64,000 nt of DNA, taken from contig CAXIAX010000001.1 in NCBI GenBank assembly GCA_964021785.1, forward strand, positions 3,368 to 67,367. The letters are read 5' to 3'. The notes beneath the pieces were generated by a model. That model was not told the DNA's origin. It searched no databases and saw nothing but the letters and a program-made list of their open reading frames with translations. Positions within the stretch are counted from its first letter, which is position 1. The number at the start of each line of letters is the position of its first letter. Both the position numbers and the translations under genes were made by a program. Below, in pieces: positions 35,832-43,680 of this stretch. The stretch comes from an uncultured Flavobacteriales bacterium (GTDB lineage Bacteria > Bacteroidota > Bacteroidia > Flavobacteriales_D > CAJJDF01).

Positions 35832-37162
35832 AAACCTGCTGCTTTTTCAAAGTTTCCGTTTCGTTTCATAGTCTTGAAAGCCCTCTGAAAATCTTTGTCA
35901 GGATTAAATTCTTCGGTAAGTAGCATTAAGCTACCCATGTTCAATCCCATAGAAATAGAGGTGAATCCAAATCCAGTTATAATTCCGTTATCCAATAGGA
36001 TAAACGAAATTTCGGATTTTTTTCTTCCTGGTGCAGTATAAATTCCCGACTCTTGGGTGTAGCCATATTGCGCCTCAAATTGTTCGATTCTTAGGTTGTA
36101 ATCGTCTGAACTTTCTTCGCCAATACAACCACCATTGCAATTGTGCAATTGAAACTGAAAACACGAACCTACGCGATTCACGTTTTCCAATCCGTTTAGT
36201 TTTTGGCAAAGTTGGAAATTCTCAATCGTATTCAGAATAAAATCTTTGGCTTCTCTTCTAGAACCAAATTCTATTACAGTGTCACTGTTTTGGTTTACTT
36301 CTTGTAGCTCCAATTTATGAAACTCTTCGTCTCTGTTTATCGAAATTCCAAAAGGATATTTTGTCTTTTTTTGAGCTCGATTGTGAATAGGTCTGTGAGC
36401 TTTTATTTCCATAGTTTCGTACAACAAAGCCATGGTTTCGTTTCCAGTCAATTTAAATTCTATGGTATGAATTGTTTCCATGATAGTAATTCCTTTTTTA
36501 GTAGAGAAATTACGCATGTGACTTTGCACTCTTTTTTTTATGTTGATGCTTTTACCAACATAAATTATTTTACCATCAAAATCCTTAAAATAATAAACCC
36601 CAGCTTTGCTCGGCAGTTTTTTTATTTCAAGTTTTTCGGCAAGGCTATTTACTGTGTCCAAGTCTTCTTGAACCCTCATTATCTTATGAAAAACCTCTAC
36701 AGTTGCCATTGTATCTGCCATGGCTCTGTGGGCATTGTTTAGCGTGATTCCAAGCGATTTTGTTAGTTTACCTAAGCTGTATGAAGGCAATCCAGGAAAA
36801 GCTTTTCGCGATAGCCTTACCGTACACATGTTTTCGCTTTCATAGGAATAACCTAAGCTTTTAAACTCTTGTCGTACAAAACCATAATCAAAATTTACAT
36901 TGTGTGCTACAAATATTCTTCCTTCTAGGTAACTCAAAATAGTTTTAGCTACTTCAAAAAATTTAGGGGAGTGAGCCACCATTTCATTACTAATCCCGGT
37001 AAGTGCAGTAATATTATACGGAATGTTTTGTTCTGGATAAAGTAACGTTTCGTATTGGTCAATAATTTTTTCACCATCTGTAATTACAATCGCAATCTCA
37101 GTTATCTTGCTAGTTGTTGGACTTCCTCCTGTGGTTTCTATGTCTACTATTGCGTATTCCAA
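35828..37162 (-). CDS. DnaQ-like 3'-5' exonuclease fused to a GIY-YIG nuclease domain
   Basis: Exo motifs AIVDIETTG, VAHNVNFDYGF and HRAMADT, then the GIY-YIG domain GVYYFKDFDGKIIYVGKSINIKKR. The 3' end overlaps the convergent alkylation-repair gene by 4 nt. Confidence 0.85.
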   Translation of the reverse strand: MEYAIVDIETTGGSPTTSKITEIAIVITDGEKIIDQYETLLYPEQNIPYNITALTGISNEMVAHSPKFFEVAKTILSYLEGRIFVAHNVNFDYGFVRQEFKSLGYSYESENMCTVRLSRKAFPGLPSYSLGKLTKSLGITLNNAHRAMADTMATVEVFHKIMRVQEDLDTVNSLAEKLEIKKLPSKAGVYYFKDFDGKIIYVGKSINIKKRVQSHMRNFSTKKGITIMETIHTIEFKLTGNETMALLYETMEIKAHRPIHNRAQKKTKYPFGISINRDEEFHKLELQEVNQNSDTVIEFGSRREAKDFILNTIENFQLCQKLNGLENVNRVGSCFQFQLHNCNGGCIGEESSDDYNLRIEQFEAQYGYTQESGIYTAPGRKKSEISFILLDNGIITGFGFTSISMGLNMGSLMLLTEEFNPDKDFQRAFKTMKRNGNFEKAAGF

Positions 37163-37272
37163 GTTTCACGTTTTTTATAAAAGTATTATTTAAAAGGTAA
37201 TATATTAATATTAATCAGCTAAAATAATCAGTAAATTTAACCTTACCTTTAGTAGTAACCTTTTTTAGTCAG

Positions 37273-38223
37273 ATGAAAACCATTTCCATAGCTTGTAAGA
37301 AAGTCCTTTGTTTTGTTGGGATGATTGTATTATTAAACAATTGCAACAAAGAATTAGATATTAGCTCGGAGCTTTTACCAGGTAATTTTGAAACAGAAAA
37401 TGTAATTGTTTTAATAATTGATGGTCCACGTTTTTCTGAAACTTGGGGAGATGAAACCAAATTATTGACTCCTTATTTACAAACCAACCTAAGACAGAAA
37501 GGAGTTGTAAATAGTAATTTTTACAATTTTGGAAACACACAAACAATCTCGGGACATACAGCTATCACAACAGGTGTGTATGAAGAGATGAATAATAATG
37601 GATTGCAATATCCAGAGAATCCTTCTTTTTTACAACATTGGTTAAGTGTAACCAAAGCGAGCCCTAATAAGGCATATGTTGTTAGCTCAAAAGAAAAACT
37701 GAAAGTATTGGCCAACTGTTCTAGCGTAGATTGGAGGAATACCTATTTGCCTTCTATTGATGCCGAAGATAGAGAGGATGAACAAACATTTAATAGAGTG
37801 AAGAGTGTGATTACAGAGCATCATCCCAATTTATTATTTATAAACTTAAAAGGGGTAGATGTATCTGGACATAATGGAGATTGGAATGGGTATTTGGAGA
37901 ATATTACAAAGTGCGACAGTATGCTTAATGAGTTGGTTCAGATAATAGATAACGATTCTATTTATAAAGATAAAACAACCTTAATTATGACCAATGACCA
38001 CGGTAGACATTCAGATGGAATATCGGACGGGTACAAAAATCATGGGGATAATTGCTTGGGATGTGTTCATATTAATTTCTTCGCCTACGGACCAGATTTT
38101 AAACAGAATCAAGTGTTTCATAATGTAAGAGAACAACTGGATATTGTACCTACAATTAGTCATTTGATGGGAATGCAGCTTAATCAAGCAGACGGACATG
38201 TGATGCACGAAATTTTTAAATAA
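37273..38223 (+). CDS. Alkaline-phosphatase-superfamily metalloenzyme (phosphodiesterase/pyrophosphatase-like) lipoprotein
   Basis: Lipoprotein-like signal (VGMIVLLNNC). Motifs VLIIDGPRFSETWG, TISGHTAITTG and MTNDHGRH resemble the AP-superfamily metal and nucleophile sites. Confidence 0.5.
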   Translation: MKTISIACKKVLCFVGMIVLLNNCNKELDISSELLPGNFETENVIVLIIDGPRFSETWGDETKLLTPYLQTNLRQKGVVNSNFYNFGNTQTISGHTAITTGVYEEMNNNGLQYPENPSFLQHWLSVTKASPNKAYVVSSKEKLKVLANCSSVDWRNTYLPSIDAEDREDEQTFNRVKSVITEHHPNLLFINLKGVDVSGHNGDWNGYLENITKCDSMLNELVQIIDNDSIYKDKTTLIMTNDHGRHSDGISDGYKNHGDNCLGCVHINFFAYGPDFKQNQVFHNVREQLDIVPTISHLMGMQLNQADGHVMHEIFK

Positions 38224-38849
38224 TGAAAAAGATAAAATTAATAGTAATAGGAGTGTTGGTTAGTTATTTTGGATTTGGACAAGATAAGAAATTCACCTTT
38301 GGGGTAGATTTAATGCCAACTTATAGCATAATAAGTAGATCAACTAGATCCGAATTACAACTGGGAATTAGTGCTTACCGCAATAGGCATCAGTTGCGAT
38401 TAGCTCCCGTTATGCATTTACAGTCTAGTGAAGCATCCAATAATCCCAATAAACCTTCATTTTCTGGAGCTTCTTTGTCGTATTATTACAATATTCCATC
38501 CGAGAGTAAGTGGTTTGATTTGTATTTCAAATATGAGTTTACCATGCAGTATTATGAAAACGAATGGGTAGGTAATTTTTATGATTTCACAGATAATCAA
38601 TACAAGGAATATATAAATGAATCGAATGAATATTTTTCAGGAAATTCGGTTGCTTACGGATTAACCTTAAATGTGACAAAACATATTTATGCGAAAACAG
38701 AAATGGCTGCAGGGTTTTATCTTTCCAATATAACAGGAGAATTTGAATCGGAAATTCGACCAAGTACCAACACAAGAATTGATTTTAGAGGCTATGATGC
38801 AAATGGATTTTTTGCGAAAGTATCTGGAGCAATTGGGTATAAGTTTTAA
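38223..38849 (+). CDS. Hypothetical outer-membrane beta-barrel protein
   Basis: Signal peptide, alternating aromatic/polar strands, and a C-terminal ...GAIGYKF ending in Phe. Confidence 0.4.
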   Translation: MKKIKLIVIGVLVSYFGFGQDKKFTFGVDLMPTYSIISRSTRSELQLGISAYRNRHQLRLAPVMHLQSSEASNNPNKPSFSGASLSYYYNIPSESKWFDLYFKYEFTMQYYENEWVGNFYDFTDNQYKEYINESNEYFSGNSVAYGLTLNVTKHIYAKTEMAAGFYLSNITGEFESEIRPSTNTRIDFRGYDANGFFAKVSGAIGYKF

Positions 38850-38853
38850 GAGG

Positions 38854-39549
38854 CTAAAGTTCCATTTTAAACTGGTCATCTTTTAGTTCCCAGTCAATAG
38901 TTTCTAGTCCGTTTTTAGCTAAATAATCATTCGTTTTGCTAAAAGGTTTAGACCCCAAAAAACCTCTGTGAGCAGAAAATGGTGAGGGGTGAGAAGAAGT
39001 GATTATGCAATGTTTAGTCTCATCAATCAAATTCGCTTTTTGTTCAGCAAATTTTCCCCAGAGTACAAATACAACAGAATCTTTCTTGTCGGAGATGGTT
39101 TTTATTACCGAATCGGTAAATTCTTCCCATCCTTGTTTTTGGTGACTTGCAGGCGTAGATTTACGCACAGTTAGTGTAGCGTTCAATAATAAAACACCTT
39201 GTTTTGCCCAAGCAGTCAAATCTCCTTTTGCAGGAATAGAAATTGTTAAGTCTGAAGCTAATTCTTTAAAAATATTTCGTAGTGAAGGTGGGATTTTAAT
39301 TCCTTCGGGAACAGAAAAACTTAGTCCATGAGCTTGGCCTTTTCCGTGGTAAGGATCTTGCCCAAGTATTACAACTTTTGTTTCAGAAAAAGAACAAACT
39401 TCAAATGCTTTAAAGATGTCTTTTTCTGGAGGGAAACAAACCTCAGATTTATACTCGTGATTTACAAACAAAGATAAAAGGCCAAAGTATTCCTTGCGGA
39501 ATTCTTTGGCCAAAATTTCTTTCCAATCATTGGTAAGTTCCACTTTCAT
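38854..39549 (-). CDS. ung: Uracil-DNA glycosylase
   Basis: Water-activating loop GQDPYH, GVLLLNATLTV, and the HPSPFSA Leu-intercalation/His motif. Confidence 0.93.
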   Translation of the reverse strand: MKVELTNDWKEILAKEFRKEYFGLLSLFVNHEYKSEVCFPPEKDIFKAFEVCSFSETKVVILGQDPYHGKGQAHGLSFSVPEGIKIPPSLRNIFKELASDLTISIPAKGDLTAWAKQGVLLLNATLTVRKSTPASHQKQGWEEFTDSVIKTISDKKDSVVFVLWGKFAEQKANLIDETKHCIITSSHPSPFSAHRGFLGSKPFSKTNDYLAKNGLETIDWELKDDQFKMEL

Positions 39550-39554
39550 TAAAC

Positions 39555-40463
39555 TTATCCGTTATATCCGTATTCCCCTAGTTTGTTGTCTTTTTCTTTC
39601 CAGTCTTTGTCCACTTTCACGTACAAATCAAGAAATACTTTTTTACCAATAAACTCTTCAATGTCTTTTCTTGCTTCAGTACCCACTTCGGTCAATTTAC
39701 TTCCTTGGTGACCAATGATAATCCCTTTCTGAGTCTCTCTGTTCACCATAATCAAAGCTCTAATTCTTGTAATAAGCTTTTTAGAAGAACCCATGGTAGG
39801 CACATCTTCTTTGTACTCTTCTACGACAACCTCGCAAGAATACGGTACTTCTTTGTTGTAAGTAGTAAATATTTTTTCTCTAATAATTTCCGAGATAAAG
39901 AATTTCATTGGCTTATCAGTCAATTCATCTTTTGGGAAATAAGCAGGAGACTCTGGCAATAGCTCTCTTATTTTATTAATCACAAACTCTGTATTTACTT
40001 TTTCTAATGCAGAAATTGGTAAAATTTGAGCTCCAGGCATTAATTTAGACCATAATTCAACTTTTTCTTCCACAATCGTCATGTCTCTTGCAAGGTCAAT
40101 CTTATTGATAAGAACAAATTTTGGAACATCCATTTTCTGAATTTTTTCCAAAGTCTCAGCATGATTCATAGAATCTTCAAAAATATCCGTCACCATCAAA
40201 ATAATATCTGCATCACGAAGCGAATCGTTCACAAAATTCATCATTTTTTCGTGCAGTTTGTATTTAGGTTCCAGTACCCCAGGAGTATCAGAATATACAA
40301 TCTGAAAATCATTTCCACTCACAATTCCTCTAATTCTGTGACGAGTAGTTTGATGTTTTGAAGTGATAATAGACATTTTTGCCCCTACCAATCCATTCAT
40401 CAAAGTAGATTTTCCTACGTTTGGACTACCTACAATATTTACAAAACCTGCTTTGTGTGCCAT
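39555..40463 (-). CDS. era: GTPase Era
   Basis: The start is set at MAHKAGFVNIVGSPNVGKSTLMN (ATG at 40463). DTPG, NKIDL and a C-terminal KH domain are present. The tracked 51-codon 5' extension runs through a GC-rich non-coding element. Confidence 0.92.
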   Translation of the reverse strand: MAHKAGFVNIVGSPNVGKSTLMNGLVGAKMSIITSKHQTTRHRIRGIVSGNDFQIVYSDTPGVLEPKYKLHEKMMNFVNDSLRDADIILMVTDIFEDSMNHAETLEKIQKMDVPKFVLINKIDLARDMTIVEEKVELWSKLMPGAQILPISALEKVNTEFVINKIRELLPESPAYFPKDELTDKPMKFFISEIIREKIFTTYNKEVPYSCEVVVEEYKEDVPTMGSSKKLITRIRALIMVNRETQKGIIIGHQGSKLTEVGTEARKDIEEFIGKKVFLDLYVKVDKDWKEKDNKLGEYGYNG

Positions 40464-40539
40464 ATTTTTCTTATAATTTATGTACAAAGAAACGAAGAAT
40501 TTTAGATACTTTTCTATACAAAGTAGTTTAACTGTAATT

Positions 40540-40637
40540 TGGGCGTTTCCCTCCTTGGGTCGGGTCGGGCTTTTCGCACTCGCTATCCCGATAAAAATCG
40601 GGAGGAGCTCATACAATTGCTACAATCCCTAACGCAA
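40540..40637. other. GC-rich structured intergenic element of unknown function
   Basis: tgggcgtttccctccttgggtcgggtcgggcttttcgcactcgctatcccgataaaaatcgggaggagctc...atccctaacgcaac stands out against the AT-rich surroundings. It contains a perfect 7-bp hairpin tcccgat-aaaa-atcggga (40586-40603), flanked by ctcc.../...ggag. Confidence 0.4.
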
Positions 40638-40726
40638 CATTCTACAAAATAATTATAGGTTTTTGAAGCCTGTAATATTTCAGAGTGAAAAATCAATTTT
40701 CTGCAAAAACTATTCGCTAATTTTCT

Positions 40727-40734
40727 TACATTTG
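40727..40734 (+). promoter_or_regulatory. Candidate -7 box (TACATTTG) 4 nt upstream of the holB ATG
   Basis: Exact TAnnTTTG match with the same 4-nt spacing to the ATG as at mnmE. Confidence 0.3.
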
Positions 40735-40738
40735 AAAC

Positions 40739-41857
40739 ATGTTATTTAACGAAGTAATAGGACAAGAAGGGATAAAAGAAAATCTAATACAAACAGTTGT
40801 AAATGATAGGATAAGTCATGCGCAAATGTTTCAAGGGAATCTGGGTTCAGGTTCTTTTTCATTGGCATTGGCCTATGCCCAATTTGTTTTTTGCTCCAAT
40901 AAACAAGAAAACGACTCCTGTGGAGTTTGTCCATCTTGCTTAAAAATAAATACCCTTACTCATCCCGATTTGCATTTTTCTTTCCCTGTTCAGATTTTGG
41001 GAAACAAGAAAAAATCAGATGATTTCATAACCGAGTTTCGTGAAATGATGATTACTAATCCTTACTCTACAGAGCAAGATTGGTATGGAAAAAATGATAA
41101 CGAAAACAAAAAAGGAATCATTGGAGTAGATGAGAGTAAAGAATTATTCAAGAAATTGAGTCTTAAATCTTACGAAGGAGGATACAAAGTAGCTATCATT
41201 TGGTTGGCAGAGAACATGAATATTGCAGCAGCCAACAAATTGCTTAAATTGATTGAAGAGCCACCAGAAAAAACATTGATATTTTTGGTTGTAGAAGATT
41301 TAGAAAAAATATTGGCAACAATAATATCTAGAGCTCAAATTATCCGACTTAAATCCCTTTCCGAAGAACAAATAACAAGACAATTAGTGAATTTTCATGG
41401 AGTAGATGAAGCTAAAGCAACAGAAGTTTCTACTTATGTAAATGGAGATTTTGCCTTGGCACTTCACGAAGTTTCTACTCTTGATAATTCTCAAGCCTTT
41501 TTCGAGTTGTTTGTAGCCTGGATGAGACTTTGTTTCAAAAAAGACGTAGGTGGAGCAGTTGCTTTTTCTACCAATGCACAAAAATTAGGAAAAGAGAAGC
41601 AAAAGGCATTTTTACTGTTTGTACTCAATGTGTTTCAAAAAAGTTTAATAGGAAATTTTGCAGGAATCGAAAACGTGAAAACAACACCTTCACACAAAGA
41701 TTTTATAGCGAAATTTATGCTCTATGTGCACGAAAGAAACATAGAAGCATTGCACACAGAAATGTCCGAAGCACACTATCATATCGATAGAAATGCAAAT
41801 CCTAAAATATTATTCCTAGATCTTTCGTTTACTCTTTTCAAGCTGATTAAAAAATAA
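40739..41857 (+). CDS. holB: DNA polymerase III delta-prime subunit (clamp-loader AAA+)
   Basis: ISHAQMFQGNLGSGSFSLALAYAQFVFC, the zinc module CGVCPSCLK, sensor region TLIFLVVED and ...ILATIISRAQ. Confidence 0.85.
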   Translation: MLFNEVIGQEGIKENLIQTVVNDRISHAQMFQGNLGSGSFSLALAYAQFVFCSNKQENDSCGVCPSCLKINTLTHPDLHFSFPVQILGNKKKSDDFITEFREMMITNPYSTEQDWYGKNDNENKKGIIGVDESKELFKKLSLKSYEGGYKVAIIWLAENMNIAAANKLLKLIEEPPEKTLIFLVVEDLEKILATIISRAQIIRLKSLSEEQITRQLVNFHGVDEAKATEVSTYVNGDFALALHEVSTLDNSQAFFELFVAWMRLCFKKDVGGAVAFSTNAQKLGKEKQKAFLLFVLNVFQKSLIGNFAGIENVKTTPSHKDFIAKFMLYVHERNIEALHTEMSEAHYHIDRNANPKILFLDLSFTLFKLIKK

Positions 41858-42008
41858 CTGAGATTTTAATTTTCTTTAGCGTGAATATTCAATATATTTG
41901 ATACTTATATATTGGGGCAAGACTGCGAACGCATCACCCTCATTATTACTATTATTAACTTTCAAGAGTAAGATTTTTTCTTGCTTTTATACAAATACAA
42001 AATTACAA

Positions 42009-43205
42009 ATGGGATGTTCATCATGCTCAAATAATACTTCTGGTGTGCCAAAAGGCTGTAAAAGCAATGGTTCATGTGGAACAGGAGGTTGCGATAAAAT
42101 GACTGTTTTCGATTGGTTAGAAAACATGCAAATACCTACCGGAGAAAAACCGTTTAATGTCATTGAAGTGAGATTCAAAAACGACAGAAAAGAATATTTT
42201 AATAACAATACCAAACTTTCTCTTTACACAGGAGATATCATTACTGTAGAAGCTACAAGCGGTTACGACTTAGGTGTAGTTTCGCTTACAGGAGAATTGG
42301 TGAAATTACAATTGAGTAAAAAGAAAATTACTGATTTAAGAAGTTTGCCAGGTGTAATTAAAAAAGCCGATACTAAGCAAATAGACAAGTGGCACGAATC
42401 AAGAGAAGAGGAAAAGAGAATTATGCCTAGAGCAAGAACTCTTGCTATTGAGGAGAAATTGAAAATGAAAATCAGTGATATCGAGTTTCAAGGAGATATG
42501 TCTAAGGCAACTTTCTATTACACTGCAGAGCAAAGAGTAGATTTTAGAGAATTAATCAAGAGATTTTCATCAGAGTTTAAAGTAAGAATCGAGATGAAGC
42601 AAATTGGAATGCGACAAGAAGCAGGAAAATTAGGAGGAATTGGATCTTGTGGTCGTGAACTATGTTGTTCTACTTGGCTTACAGATTTTCGTTCGGTAAA
42701 TACTGCAGCAGCTCGTTACCAACAATTATCACTTAACCCGCAAAAACTTGCAGGACAGTGTGGTAAATTAAAATGTTGTTTGAATTTTGAGTTAGACGCT
42801 TATATGGAATTAATGAAAACATTCCCTAAAGCAAACACAACTCTACAAACACAAAGCGGAAGAGCTCGTCACATGAAAACAGATGTTTTTAGAAAAATGA
42901 TGTGGTTCTCGGTAGAAACTAAAGACAGAAACAATGATTTTATTGGTCTTTCGGTAGAAAGAGTACACGAAGTTATTGCTATGAACAAAGCAGGTGAGAA
43001 ACCAGTTAGTTTAAAAGAATTTGAAGAATTAGAAGTTGTTGTCGAAGAAAATTATGCAGCCGTAAATGATCAAGATAGCTTGACAAGGTTTGATAATAAT
43101 TTTAATAAGAAAGGGAAAGGAAAGAAGAAAAGAAACAACAACAATCGTAATAAAAATAACAACAGAAACAGAAAGACAAATGACAAGAGTCAGCCGAAAA
43201 AATAG
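42009..43205 (+). CDS. PSP1-domain protein (YaaT/RicT-like)
   Basis: The start is set at MGCSSCSNN... (ATG at 42009). There is a Cys-rich N-terminus, a PSP1 core (...ATFYYTAEQRVDFRELIKRF...GRELCCSTWL...CGKLKCCLNFE) and an N/K/R-rich C-terminal tail. Confidence 0.8.
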   Translation: MGCSSCSNNTSGVPKGCKSNGSCGTGGCDKMTVFDWLENMQIPTGEKPFNVIEVRFKNDRKEYFNNNTKLSLYTGDIITVEATSGYDLGVVSLTGELVKLQLSKKKITDLRSLPGVIKKADTKQIDKWHESREEEKRIMPRARTLAIEEKLKMKISDIEFQGDMSKATFYYTAEQRVDFRELIKRFSSEFKVRIEMKQIGMRQEAGKLGGIGSCGRELCCSTWLTDFRSVNTAAARYQQLSLNPQKLAGQCGKLKCCLNFELDAYMELMKTFPKANTTLQTQSGRARHMKTDVFRKMMWFSVETKDRNNDFIGLSVERVHEVIAMNKAGEKPVSLKEFEELEVVVEENYAAVNDQDSLTRFDNNFNKKGKGKKKRNNNNRNKNNNRNRKTNDKSQPKK

Positions 43206-43680
43206 TCTTATTGCATTAGGAGTTATTATAGCTTCAGCACTTTTTACTTCTTGTAGCAATGAAGATATCTATTTTCAGAAATACACAGAAGTAGAAAATG
43301 CAACTTGGAACATGGATGATGCTATCGCCTATGATTTTGAGGTAAGCGATACAACCGCTATTTATAACTTTCTGTTTAATCTTAGGAATACAAACAACTA
43401 CGAATTCAGTAATTTATTTGTCGATTGGGAGTTGCAATCACCAGATGGTAGAGTAAAAACAGAAACAGCAGAGTTTGTGTTGGCAAAGCCAAATGGGCAA
43501 TGGTTGGGTAAATCCATAAGTGGAACGATAATAGAAAATAGTATGTTGTTTCTTAAGAAAAAATTGCCTGTTTCTGGAAAATACACATTTACCTTTACTC
43601 AAGGAATGAGAGAGGGATCATTGAATAATATCAAAGACGTAGGTCTTAAAATTATAAAAACGAATGAGCAAAGCAACTAA
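43180..43680 (+). CDS. gldH: Gliding-motility lipoprotein GldH
   Basis: The start is set at MTRVSRKNSLIALGVIIASALFTSC (lipobox). IYNFLFNLRNTNNYEFSNLFV...LAKPNGQWLG...GKYTFTFTQGMRE...IKDVGLKI closely parallels the F. johnsoniae GldH pattern I recall (YNLFVNLRDNNNYPFNNLF...). It overlaps the PSP1 gene by 26 nt. Confidence 0.75.
   Translation: MTRVSRKNSLIALGVIIASALFTSCSNEDIYFQKYTEVENATWNMDDAIAYDFEVSDTTAIYNFLFNLRNTNNYEFSNLFVDWELQSPDGRVKTETAEFVLAKPNGQWLGKSISGTIIENSMLFLKKKLPVSGKYTFTFTQGMREGSLNNIKDVGLKIIKTNEQSN

Noticed and set aside
31058-37162. The helicase + WYL + nuclease neighbourhood, considered as a candidate anti-phage defence island.
   Set aside because: The components are individually common housekeeping or repair genes in Bacteroidota. 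They are not in one operon (mixed orientation, long gaps). No typical defence effectors, methylases, TIR/SIR2 domains or mobile-element markers are present. The cluster is reported instead as a possible DNA-damage module.
40464-40616. A 51-codon N-terminal extension of the era ORF (MYELLPIFIGIASAKSPTRPKEGNA...).
   Set aside because: Era begins canonically at MAHKAGFVNIVGSPNVGKS (ATG at 40463). The extension is a read-through of the GC-rich intergenic element and of AT-rich spacer.
43090-43200. Low-complexity AAC/AAT-rich DNA (aacaacaacaatcgtaataaaaataacaacagaaac), considered as a possible simple-sequence contingency repeat.
   Set aside because: It is not a perfect microsatellite. It encodes the N/K/R-rich tail of the PSP1 protein in frame and overlaps the gldH start region, so slippage-driven phase variation is unlikely.
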